This document shows positions 13,921 to 27,220 of a DNA stretch of 64,000 bases, in pieces; within the stretch, counting starts at the first letter, position 1, and every line of letters starts with the position of its first letter. Location of the stretch: positions 72,604,001 through 72,668,000 of the forward strand of contig CM052816.1 of the NCBI GenBank assembly GCA_028534125.1, written 5' to 3'. This DNA comes from Lama glama (Eukaryota). The translations under genes were made by a program, and so were the position numbers. The notes under the pieces were generated by a model. It made no database searches and was not told the DNA's origin. It saw only the letters and a program-made list of their open reading frames with translations.

Positions 13921-16149
13921 TGCTTCTCTAGGGCTTACCATGTTCATTGTCCTGTTACAGGTTTTCTTTAAATGCAATAGAAGAATGATAACAAATAGTT
14001 ATTGCCCTCCATAGAAATACCAAGGGATGGCTTGTGAGAGCTTATGCCCACTCAGATAAGTTTTGCAATCTTGCATGAAGAGTGAGTATGTATCTTTAGG
14101 ATATATTGTTATTTTTTATTGAGCCATAATTAAAACTGTTAAGCGAAAACAGTGTGTTGGCTAAGGAAATAGTTTTACTTCAAATCCTCTTAAATCCCTT
14201 TCCCAAGCAAAAATTTGCCCCTCCTTCAGTCCTATCCCAAAATTAATTTTGGGGATGCTCCTGCTTGATCTTAGATTAGGCTTAATACATTCTAAGGTTC
14301 ACGAGCCATGAGGGTTGAGAGGAAAAAGAGGAGAGACTGTGCCTTAGAGACCTTAGGGTTGGGCTGGAGGAGTTTCTGGTCCACTCGAGGATGAAAAGAT
14401 AAGGAAAAGAAGAAAAGTGTGAAGTGTATTCCAGGCACTTGCAGGGAGCAGTTGTGCAGAAGAAATTAAGAAAAGGAGGCACAGAGGATAAGTGATTAGA
14501 TTAGCCTGTGTAAAGCTCCGTGATCACGTTGAGGATTAGCGAAAGAAAAGGTCAGAGATTGGGTAGAAAATGTAAATTAAGACATTTACACCAGTTTTAA
14601 ACTGCCAACAGTTTTGGCGTGACTAAATTCTCATAAACATATTCTATAAGTTGATATTTCCTTTTAATCTTTTATGTTGTTCTGTAGCACCATCTGGGTT
14701 TTGAAATAATGACTTTTGACTTAGTAATCTTAAAGCACACAAAATAATTATTTCAAGAATTGGTATCTTTGACACATATATAAGATCAGTTCTTGAGTCT
14801 TTACGTTTTTCCCCAATTATCTCTCCGGTACCAAGAAAAGTCTGAAAATTTTATTTATTCACAAGTTTCCTGCTTTTTGTTACTTGCTTTTTTAGCTGTT
14901 GAAGAAAGTAAACACACAACCTGTCACTTACCTAAGGTAGAAGCCATGTCTTTCCTTTAAAATGAACAAATCACAAAAACCTCTTGCAGAATGTAGTAAA
15001 TTTCGAATTAGTTGAACATTTTCCTTCAAGTCACTGGGGTACATAAAAAAGCACATGTGACTTCAGCCTATTAAGGGGATTCAGTTATCTGTTGAGCAAC
15101 ATCCTACTGTGGGTATCTTTTCTGTTGAAGCAGAAAGAGGTTTGATAAATGCCACTGAATGAAGGCAGAAGGGATGTAAGAAGAAAGGGCAAGCATTTCT
15201 AGTTACAGCTTCATATATATTATATATATATGAATTGTTTGTGGGGTCTAAAGTAAATTGGAGTCCCTATTCATTCGATTCATTTGTAGGAGACTGAAAA
15301 CGTCTCATCACACTGGTAGTTCTGCTTTAAATATGCCCTAGTGTTTGTGTGAGTTGCCTAGATGATTAAAGAAACTTGGTCCTCGATTCTTAAGTATTCC
15401 ACAGCAAATGCTACTCTGCCCACACACTCTTGATACTTGTTCCAGACCTGGGAACATATGCTCCCAGTAGAAGCATTTTCTTCCTTGACACATCACCCCT
15501 TCTGCTCCTCAGATAATATGGAGCTGGAAGTGGGTGAAAACCTCAGTGTAATTCAAGTATGAAATTACATCTTTAAGTATTACTGTTTTAGGGGAAAAAA
15601 ACGTCAACTAAATGGAAGTGATATTCCTATTTATCCATGTAGAACCCAAAACTTGTGGAAATTAATCTTTAACTTCAGAAGTCTACTGTTAAAATAAATA
15701 CATAGATATTATTATAAGAAGTATTTTGAAGAGAAAATATGGTACCATAACATTTATAACTATAAGCAGAACTTAACATTTTTTAATTGAGCTTTTATTT
15801 GATCACATTCTTGGCTATCCTTGATCATGATCCTTCATTTTAACTAGGAAAACAAAATTTTAAAATTTATGAAGAGAAAACACTCAATGTAGCTTTGGAG
15901 CTAAAGCATTAACTAGAAAAGTAAATATATTACCAGACCTTTTAACTTTTCATGGCATTTAATCCCTTTATCTCTCTACCTTGAATCTGTTTCTCTTAGT
16001 ATTCTTAGTGACAACGCTAGTGGGTGTCTAGTGGCCACCTAGAAACTCCCACAGTTTTGGTGATCGTTACGTGTTTGTGGTGTTGTTACATATACCAAAA
16101 CAAGTTTTTGACGTTGTGTAGGGAAAGTGTCAGTGCACTGACTCTACGA

Positions 16150-16680
16150 AATCCTTCCCAAGTCTCCTGTCCTTCCCCCAAGGAAGACTTGATCACTCTC
16201 TTTTCTGTGCCTTAGGATTGCTCTTTTTATAAATCTATTTTAGATGTTACTGAACTGTTTATCTTTCCTAGACCTTATTTTCTTGAAGACTGGGGCTGTG
16301 TCTGATACTCTTTGTTTGTGTAGTGACTAGCCCAGGAAGCAGCATGTACTTGTTCATAAATTAATGCTTGTGCTGTGAATGAAATGCAGCCTCAAGAACT
16401 CTTCAGCAAGTGCTATCTTTGAATTTCTTTAATAATAGTACTCTCTTTAAACAGATGACCAGTTGGTTCTTTCGTATGGTAATCCAGAGTACCTCTAGTA
16501 TACTTTTTGTGAACACGTCTCAAATTCTCTCCTGGTCTTATTTGATAAGTACAAGTCTTCATTTTCCTGTTTAGTTGGAAGTTCTTGAGGACAGAATTTA
16601 GAATTTATGTTTGCATTTCTCAGAATGCTTAGAACAATACCTACTGTGTGGAAGATAGCCAATGCATATTTGTTGGAATT
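16150..16680 (+). mobile_element. Two L2 3' end fragments
   Basis: ttcttgaagactggggctgtgtctga...gtgaatgaa (to about 16385) and gaagttcttgaggacagaat...atttgttggaat (about 16570-16680). Confidence 0.6.
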
Positions 16681-16984
16681 ATTATAGTGTAACTATTTGG
16701 GGAAAATACTTGGTACTAAATTTGACTCTTGCTTTCCAAGTGCTTTTTGCCTGTGGAGCATCTGAACTGACTTTGGTTTGTACACTCGTGAGATATCTTT
16801 GCAGGCCAAGGCAGAAAGAATTTGAAACAGGCAATCCTGTAGTCCTTTATTTAGAAGATGTGTGCTACTCTATGGGTGTAGGGACAGATGAACTATCATG
16901 TTGATCCTCTGGGAATGTAGGAGACTCACAACGGTTTCTACATGGAAAGGCAAAGAAGCCAAAGACCAGCCATTGAGTAATACC

Positions 16985-17005
16985 TGCAGCACCACAGTCA
17001 GGGCC
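16985..17005 (+). promoter_or_regulatory. Candidate RE1/NRSE (REST-binding) element
   Basis: TGCAGCACCACAGTCAGGGCC matches the canonical TTCAGCACCACGGACAGCGCC at 17/21 positions with canonical spacing. Confidence 0.45.
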
Positions 17006-17144
17006 TAGACTTTCCCTTGTGAAAATAGTTTTGTTCTCATTTCAGATGAATGACTGATAAGGACAGGTGAACGTGTGTCTATATTTTGTTTTATTTATTT
17101 ATTTTTAATGCTACTTTTAAAATTCTTGAATCATTTATACAGGC

Positions 17145-17350
17145 ATTGAATGTGGTGGAAGGAGTGAATTGGTCATGGGTTCAAAGTAATTTTTCTCACT
17201 TCCTGCCTACACGAATTTAAGAAAGGTCTTTTGCTGGATGGGTTTCAGTTTCCTCTTGTTAAATTTAGGTTACGCTGCCTACCTCTCTGGTTGTTTTGAG
17301 TATCAGATGAAACGATGTTTACCAAGTGCCTGTTATCTAATGAATATTGC
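17145..17350 (+). mobile_element. MIR SINE
   Basis: catgggttcaaag...tttcagtttcctcttgttaaatt...ctacctctctggttgttttgagtatcagatga. Confidence 0.7.
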
Positions 17351-18774
17351 TTACACTTTATTGCCTTGATGCTGCCTTCCTTTTCAAAATTCAGTGAGGT
17401 AATTACTATATATAGACATGAAGACCATGGGCGCATTCCAAAACTTCCATAAAATGTAGATATTTTGCAGACTTCCAGACACAGTAATATGTTTGGACTC
17501 TGATTCTGAACTTTCCATCACACCCTCAAACTGTGGCATCAGCAGCTTAGAATGAACAAAGAGGATAAAGGTTTGTTGAGATCTGTAGAGTAACAGGAAA
17601 TCCAAGGGAAGTGACCTACATTATCTGCAACAAGAAAGATAAAATGGATGATCTGAAAATAAGCAATACAGTGGGAAAATTATGGTAGTAATGAGGGAAG
17701 AATTATTCTCAAATTGAAACTTCCAAACTTGAATACACCTTAGCTATGTATTTCGACAGGGAAGAATTCAGTCACCTTCCTTCTTTTCAAAACTTCACAG
17801 TGGTTGGATGAAAGTATATCAACAAATCTAAAGCCCTCGGCAACTGACAGTCATTTCACTGAGCTTCAAAATGAAAGTATCTTCATTGTCTATATCATGG
17901 GACTATCTGTCATTGTGATCACCTAATGTCCTTTAGTCTGTCCCCGGAAACAGTTAAAAAATGGACTCAACTTACTGAATTTCACACTTTAGTGCATAGA
18001 GTACATTTTGGTTGACATGACCACTGACAATATTTTTGCTTTTCTTTAAGGAATAAAGAGCTAAAAGCCAAAGGAGACTATAAAATTTAAAAAAAAAATC
18101 ACTCAATGCAAAAAAAAAATACTAAGAAGCTAAGGAGTAGTTTTAAATTGGACTTTTTTAAGAACTCTAAATTTAAACACTGAGAGCTATTTTACACATT
18201 TTCTACATGCCTTCTATAAATTTAGAATTTTTATTTTTATGGGAAATCTATATGGCATCATAAAGAGAATTCTGCAGCATAGACCTACTTAATTCTCAGA
18301 GAGTTCTGCTCCATTCTGTAACTTCTGATTAAATCTAGAGACTTACAGAAATATAATTCATGTGGGACATTTGGGGATAAGCAGGCATTTTGATTCAATG
18401 GAATGGAAGTTGTGGCCTTCATTTGAAGTAAATTTGAATGACATAATGAAAGTACCCTTGAATGACGTTTTCCTTCCTGTTGTCTCAAGCAAGAAAATCA
18501 GCATAGTTTAAAACTATGCAATATCACTCAAGGAGAAGTAAAAAAGGCTTGTACCTATTTAATTTCCAAGCTATTCAAAAGAGCAAATAATCATACATAT
18601 TTTAATTAAAATCTAATATTATAATAAACCTTCATTAACATAAATGTGATTAATTTGGAATTTGATCATTGGGAAATCAGAAGCCCATTTGCTAGGCAAT
18701 TTACTTGTAAAGAAAATTGGCTAGGAATAGCACAAAAGCAACGTTTTCAGACATTGTTTATTAAGTGGTCTTTA

Positions 18775-19950
18775 TCAAATTATTACTGACAGCACGCATT
18801 ATGGTGAGGTAGTCACTGTTCACTAGTCGGTGCCCTCAAATGCTGGAAATCACAGAGTAAAACTGAGATAGGAATTTAGGGCAGGGAGGAGATAAACTCC
18901 AACTAGTCTGGGGATGGGATGAAAGAGGGTGCTGTGAAGGAACTGGCATTTAAGTTGACCATTGAAATAATATTGGAAAATATAGAAGATGAGTTTGGGT
19001 TCTAGGAAAAGGAAATCCCAGACATTTGTTGAGCAATGGCAAAGACAAGGAGTCTGAAAAACAGCATCTTTTTAAATTTAACTAAGGATCATGTATGTAT
19101 AAAAAGATAAGCTTCAAGTTATAGAATTGGGATACACTCTAGAGGATTTTGAATGATTACGTTTCATTTTGCAAGCAATAGGCAAATCTGGTGGATATAA
19201 ATAGGAAGTAATTTACCGGGGCAGGTTGAAACAGGAAAATTGTAAGCATAGTAATGACGTAATAAGAACTTCATAGAGGATGATGGCAATGGAACAAAAT
19301 GAAAAGCTGAATATGGAAACTATTGTACTAGGAGGAATGTAAGGCTAGGCAGAGGATCAAAGGCCAGAGCTGGGCTGACAGAGGAGTCAGGCATGATTTT
19401 TAAATTGTATGCCTACTGGCTGGCTAACAGAAAAAAGAAAAAAAAAAGAAGCAGCAATGCTATAATAAACAGAAATAAAAATATCAGGAGAATTATTTTG
19501 GGGCCATAAGGTTAACTGATTTCGATTCCAGCCTGTTGAGATGGCTGTTCCAGTGGGGCCCTCAGAGGCCACTAACTATGCAGGTTGTAGTTGGAAATGC
19601 ATAACTCCGTCTCAGAGGTTAAGGCCAGTGATAGAGTGGGGAACCGTTTATGTAACCTATCGGTTAAGCCTGTGGGGATGATGAGACCAAATGAGAGCAC
19701 GAATAGAGGGGTGAAACGTGGCAGGAGTAGTCATGTAGAATGCCCACTCTCACGGTGGAAGAAGAGAAGTCAGGTACAAGTTGAGGAAAATTAATTTCTG
19801 TTAATATATAAATATGAGCGAGGACCTACGAAAATGCAGAATCATAGGAACCAAAGATCTGGGAGAGTTTCAAGTAGGAGGAGCGAACAGCCAAAATAAT
19901 AAAATGCCCAAACAAGAGTATATGGATCAATATAAGGCCATAATATTGGC
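18775..19950 (-). mobile_element. Fragmented L2 relic(s)
   Basis: caaattattactgacagc...tgccctcaaatgct...gaaggaactggcatttaagttgaccattgaa...tcagaggttaaggccagtgatagag. Confidence 0.55.
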
Positions 19951-21510
19951 AGTTAGAAGATTAACCCACAAAGAAAAAAGTACAGTTTCAGACAAGCAGG
20001 AAAAAAAAAAAGTTTACTTTTGCCTGGACTGGTACAGATCTTAATACCTTCACAGGGATTAAATTTCTATCCCATTAGCTCATTTTAATAAATAAGATTA
20101 GCAAAGACATAATGTACCTTCTCCCCATCTCAAGTTCTCATTGGATAAATGGCAGTTTACTGGAAAGCATCTGAATGTTTTCAAATATAGTTTAACTTAA
20201 TTTTATCTGTAAGTTAGGCTAAACTTTCCTACAGTTGGGATCTTAGTAAGATTTCACCGTATTCAGAAAGCTTGCATATTTTCACTTCAAAATACCAATA
20301 TTTGAATTGTCTATGTTTTCTGATATCTTTACTCCCAACCCCCCATAGGCAATGAATTTGTCCCTGTGGGACATCTAGGCATTAGATCAAGTGACCTGAC
20401 CTAGAAAACTTCTTTGCAAAGCTTAGGAAATGTATATGTCCTACAAAACATCAACCCCAGGGTGCGTGTTCTGTATGTAAGTAATGAGGTTTATAAGGTG
20501 ACGAAGGATGTTCGAGAACCCATCAGCTAAAAGATAAGGTATTGGCTGCTGAGACCTGATGGGATGAATTGCCACAGATAGCACTAGGAAGAGGACATAG
20601 CATTTAAAAGAAGATACTCCATGTTATTTTTCAAGAGATATGTGCTCAGTAATGAGGCTGTTAAATGGACTTATTAAAAATTGAATTAGTTTTAAATAAA
20701 ATTTGAAAGATAATTGCAAGGACTGTGCGTTTTATAAAAAGTAAATCCAGATGGACATTTGTTTCTTTGTTTAAGGTTGATAAATAAGTTGATTCACAGA
20801 TGTATGCCCAATTAATGTTTGATATCTAAAAACATAATTTTTAGGAGTGAGCCTTAAGTGTCATGGGACAGATTTGTCACATCAGTTGATGTCAGCCATA
20901 GGTAAAATAGTGCCATGTATAAATGTGGTACCATTTCAAAGGTTTAACCAGAAGTCCTTTCCCCCATTCCATTTAATGACAACTATTTATTTACTCACAG
21001 AGATGAGGGAAGAGAACTTTCACTCAATATTTAGAGACAGAAATTTAAAGATAAGCACCTCTAGCAGTTGTTTGAATCTTTTTAAGGCTTTAGGTTAGAA
21101 ATATCTGACATCAGATTATTTCAACCATAGGGTGGGAGGGGATCCTGAAGGATGGTGGGAAATTCTTGTTGGGGAAGTGGGATGGTCTTTATTCACCAGA
21201 AGCCTTGGAGAGATCCAAAGAAGCACGGCTGAATTCTGAATTCTTTATAGTTTAGTATCATGGACTAATCTTTGCAATGCCACTTTTTTCTCGTCTAAAA
21301 ACTTATAAGGGGAACATGGATTCTTAACATAAAAATAATTTATCTATGAAAATTCATTATTTGTTAGTAATCAAAGTGATCATAGTTATTAATGATATAG
21401 TAATTATAGTTAAAATGCCATTTTATTTTGTCTGTTTTACCTACTTTCAGTATATGGTAAAAATGATTCCCTAGGTTATTACTCTGCTGTAATTGTCAAA
21501 GACTCTTGGT

Positions 21511-21610
21511 NNNNNNNNNNNNNNNNNNNNNNNNNNNNNNNNNNNNNNNNNNNNNNNNNNNNNNNNNNNNNNNNNNNNNNNNNNNNNNNNNNNNNNNNNN
21601 NNNNNNNNNN
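21511..21610. other. Assembly gap (100 N)
   Basis: Run of N. Confidence 1.
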
Positions 21611-22729
21611 AAGAAGCATACAGAAAATATACGTTACTCTGGGTGTGGTTTAAAAAAATACTAAGAAATTCATTGCCAGAATGGGACTTGGAGGATAGGT
21701 GGAATGATAATAGGAAAAAGAGCAGGTGGAATGGAAGTAACCGTATCTCCTGTACCTGTTCCTTGGTGTGCATGATGGCAAGGTAAGAGCAAGTACTCTT
21801 GCTTGAGTGATCAGGTATTTGCCATGAAGTGTTAGAGAAGAGACCAGGAAGGGAGGAGGAGACTGTATCAGGGAGTGCCTGGAGAACCAAGATAACTTGT
21901 TTTTACTTAATTTAGGGTCCATGATGGTTTTTGACTTGGCAAATTACGTGTCAGATAGGTTGCTCTGGGACTGTTGGGTAGAACTGATCAGATCCCATAG
22001 ACAGGGGGCTCCTGAGGTATTCCAAACAAGACCTAGCTCTGCCCCAACTAGAGGGGTAATGGTGGGAATGCAAAGAGAGGGTGGGTAGGAAAGACAATTC
22101 TGTAATAAAATGTACAAGACATAGAAATTGGGACTTAAGGAAAAGGGAGGGCCTGAGTATCCAAGAGAAATGTTTAGAGCAAAGGGTTAAGAAGAAAAAC
22201 CCATGGACAGGGAGGCATAAGAGTCTCATGAGGTCAGTTTTCAGGAACATATTCAATGCTGTTTTTTTTTAAAGCAACTTCTAGAGTGGGTGATAACTGT
22301 GTTTTCCTTGACTAGCTAAGGAATGAATCCATGTTAACAAGAGGAAGTGTTATATTATGCAGAGTCTATAGCACGGTCTGTGCTTGTGTCTGTAAAACAG
22401 AGTCAATGATTCTTTGGAAGGAAATTATAAGGTTTAATGGAGCTTCATATCGATACTGAGATATCTAATGGCTTCAATTCATACTAAGCAACACTAATAA
22501 AAAGCTATGGTGTGATAAACATTATTGCTGTCATAAAGAGTGGATGGCACTTTATTCTTCTCATTTATATTGACTAAGAGGGATAGAATATGATTTTTCC
22601 TTAAAAAATAGCTTCTATCTTAACAACAGAAATACCAGGATGTATGTAAAAATGAGTATTTTCCAGTGTGCTCCTGGCTGTTCCTTACAAAATTGGATTT
22701 CTTTTGGTAAGTAAGGAGAGGTGAATGAA

Positions 22730-22920
22730 TACTAAGTATGCCACCAGCCTTGTGTGCCACAGCTTGTTCTATGCTAGTATCTGTGAATTGCATATAGTGG
22801 TTTTTTTAAATCTCTAAAACTCTACGCGTCTGGTTCTATAATAATCTTTATTTTACAGCTGAGAAAATTTAGGATTAGGGAATTTAAGTGACTTGTCTCC
22901 AAATTAAACAGCTGGTGAAA
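22730..22920 (-). mobile_element. MIR SINE
   Basis: tttattttacagctgagaaaatttagg...ttaagtgacttgtctcca. Confidence 0.7.
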
Positions 22921-22924
22921 ATTT

Positions 22925-23460
22925 CTGGTTGAAGTCAGCTGCAGTGGGAATGGTAAAGGGCAAATGGATGAATATAACTTACATCTACGCGATAGAACCA
23001 AACAGCCTTGGTGATTGATTGAATAATGAGATTGAGTAGCTTTCGGGCCAGGAGTTCTCCAGGATGGCTCTAAGTTTTCTGGCTTGCAAGTCAGATATAG
23101 AGTTGTTCCTTTTCTGACATAGGGAACATCTGAGAGATATTAGTGGGAGAGGAGATGAAAGATTGAGCTTGAGCATGCTGTTTGACCTGAGTGTGAGACA
23201 TGCAAGGGGACAGATTTAGAAGACTGCTGATTATAAGGATTAGGAGGCTTAGAAGGCAGGAATGGACTGGAGATAACGCTTTGGAGTCACCTGCTCTGAA
23301 TTAATCATTAAAGACATGGATGAGTATAATATTGCCCAAAGAGCATGTGTAGAACAGAAGATAAAAGGGCTATGTGTGACGCCCAGGGGAACAGCTGCCT
23401 TCCAGGGGAAAGCAGAGAGAGAAGCCCACAGAATAGACTGATAAGAGTGTCCGGAAAAGT
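22925..23460 (-). mobile_element. L2 relic
   Basis: gagttctccaggatggctctaagttttctggcttg...ggactggagataacgctttggagtcacctgc. Confidence 0.75.
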
Positions 23461-24992
23461 GAAAATCCTCAGGGCACACACGATTTCATTTTGTAGATCA
23501 GTGACATCACTTCTTTGTGAAAAAGCTATTGCAATATTGCATCTCCTCTCCATCTCTCCCCTGTCTTTAGTGTAGTAAGTGGCACATTTTGTATTTCCAT
23601 TAGGAGAGGAGAAAAAAGAAGAGAAAAGATTTCATTGATATTGCCAGTACATGGTGTATGACTGATATGGGCATTTGCATGCTTGTCCATAACTCTGTAG
23701 CTAGGTTTCAACAAAAAGATGGGTGAAACCTTCAAAATGACAAACGCTTATCTTTTGCATAATCCTGGGGCGGGGGTAGAAACAATGGGAGAGTAGGACT
23801 ATTAGAGTTCTTTTGTTGTGCTACTACTTTTATCCCAGGAGTCATTCATAATTAGGAATGATAGTAACTTTGAAAGGTTTATGCAAATGTATACCTTGCC
23901 AGAATGTAGCCCAACTGGTCTAAGCAGGAGCATTAATGTAAAATAAAAACTTCTTGGTTAACAGAAATTTCTGTCATGAAAGTTAGTGCCATCTATGTAA
24001 TACAATTGCCAAAAGAAGACACCTTCCAGCAGGCTGAAGCAGCTCATGTTTCCAGAGACTTATTTCATGACTACAGAGTTGTATTAGTTGATGTGTTTCT
24101 TCATTTTTATAAGCCTATACTGTAACAAGTATTGTCTATTACCTAGCCTAACTATGGTGTCAGTAGACTTTGAAAGAAACCAAATGAAAATAACATTATA
24201 ATAATCTCTGATGAATTTAGTTATGCTATGTTAACCTGGAATGAAATTCCTGGTTTTCACACAATTTTAAGATAAGGTTAGACAAGAATGTTTGAAAAGG
24301 TAGTTAGTGATTATAACTGTGTTGAAAATTAAATCAGAAAGTTTAAAGAAAAAAACTTGTTTGGAATAATAGTGGCAATATATTTAAAGTAGTTGCTCAT
24401 TGAAGCAGTGATAAAATGAAAATTTTAGGTAGATTCTAGTTTCAAACCTAGTCTGTTCAAATATTTTCAGCTTCAGAACAAAGTGAGTTTTTGTGTTTTA
24501 AATTAAGAAGAATTAAGTATAAATATCTGGAGTACCACGAAGCTATGGCAATTCAAGAATTCATGATTAACCTAATCTTTACTCGTAGAGATAAATTTGC
24601 AGTACCAATGTTTTTCATGTACCTTATTTATTACTGGTCATTCTAATCTGTGATTGATAATTTTATATATAAAGTACTTCAAAGCACCTCCAAAGAGTCT
24701 TCTCAAAAATGCTTTTTTAAGATAGATCTTCTAGGTCTTCTGCCTTATTTTCATCCATAATTAACTATTGTGGGGGTTGTTTTTGCTTCTTTAACAGATA
24801 GATGGCGGTATGGGAGTTCTTGAATTTATTTCTATAATACTTTACATCAAATAATTTTTAGAATTCTACAATCAGAATGCTTTGCTTTAGGAATTTTACT
24901 TATAATTTTATGACCACTGAAGGAATTACCTTATTTATAACAACCAATACTTTGTTCTTTTACTCATTTATTTAACCATAAGTCAGTAATAA

Positions 24993-25640
<648 letters not shown>

Positions 25641-26899
25641 TGATATATTTTTATCTTCAAAAGATAAGGCAAAATACTGGATTTGAATGAACTGGAAAAA
25701 TTAGTGATTGTACAACACTTTTTTTATGCCAATTCAGTCTTTTTAAAAACAAATCTACTTTAATCAATGAATTTTTATCCTAACCAATGCAGCCCCTCTT
25801 CACCATGGGAGGCTGTTTTTGTCTAATATCTAATATTAGGTTGTTTTATATAATACATCAAGAATCATCCTTGATGAAGATGTGTAGGGTCTGATTGCTA
25901 ACCTAGTTTGTATCATTAGTTCTATGAAGTAATGTAGGATATGTTTCCTCTAATATTGAAATATCAGAGAATTTGTGTTTGAAGAAAACAGATTTTTCTT
26001 AGTATTTTCAAGTTGCATATTTAAAGACTGACTTTACCATAATAATTTTGCTCATTGTTATTCTTTGCCTATAATTATTTATTATAATTTCTCTCTATTA
26101 GTTCATTTCATAGTCCTGAAAAGCAGCATGCCCAGGAGGGAAATTACTACATAGAAAACACAAATAGTGCAGTGAATGCATACATACAGTAAATCTGGCC
26201 AATATTTTGCTGACTAGGGCATCTGTTGCTCTTAGGCAGTTGATGGGCCCTTAAGAGGCTCAGACGACTGGAGTTTCCAAAGATCTGAGTTAAAGGTACC
26301 ATTACCAAGCAAAGGAGTTTATGTCCCTAATTCCAGAGTTTGCATTTTAACTTTTTTGTTTTCTTTTCCTCCTATCCCTCAGAAATTAATTATAGCCTTA
26401 ATTTTATTGTCTGTACAAAAATGGAAGTCAGGAAGGCCTCCAGAGTGCCTATACCTGAGCTAGAGAAAACAATACACTGGCTGGGGATTCATTATCACTT
26501 CACTAGCTACATAAATGCTTTTAGCATTTTTGGGCTGAATTATGTTTTGGAATTTAGGTTTGAGCAAGTCATAAAATGGAACTTCTGTGAACATTAGCTC
26601 TGCTTTCTGTGAGGCTGAAGCAGTGTTTGTGTGTGCTTGTCAATGACATTCTGGCTCATAGAATTTCAGGAAATGACATACAGTAATAAGACACAGCATA
26701 AGACACTGCTAAAAAGGCATAAAAATGGATCATCTTAAAATATGAATACGGATTATATTTAAAATCAAATGAAGCACATTTGAGAAATTGGATTCATCTT
26801 GTAATGTGTCTCTGTATAGCACATTCCACCTAAAATGTAATAACTGGTTAGTTCTCGAACATTATGCATATGTTACTATCAAAACAAGATGGTTATTGA

Positions 26900-27100
26900 G
26901 AATAATAGCTAATATTTATTGAGGGCTTGTTATCTGTCAAGTAATGTATTTGACTCTTTACATGGATTTGTTAGTTGCCTTTTCCCAATCACTCTGGTAA
27001 CTTGCCCAGATTCACAGGGTTCATAGTAAGGGGATACTGGGATTTGAACCTTGGCAACCTGACTCTAAAGCCAAAGCTCTTAACCACAAAACTGTACAGC
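26900..27100 (-). mobile_element. MIR SINE
   Basis: aataatagctaatatttattgagggctt...taacttgcccagattcacag...ggatttgaaccttggcaacctgactctaaagcc. Confidence 0.85.
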
Positions 27101-27162
27101 CTCTCACTGTAACATATGCTCTTTCAATGATAAATAACCTTAATATTATACCAGTTTATTTT

Positions 27163-27220
<58 letters not shown>
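27163..27220 (+). repeat. Compound (TA)n(CA)n(TA)n microsatellite
   Basis: Seen directly. Confidence 0.97.

Noticed and set aside
21471..21922. ORFs around the first gap
   Set aside because: They span Ns or are short with no recognisable product.
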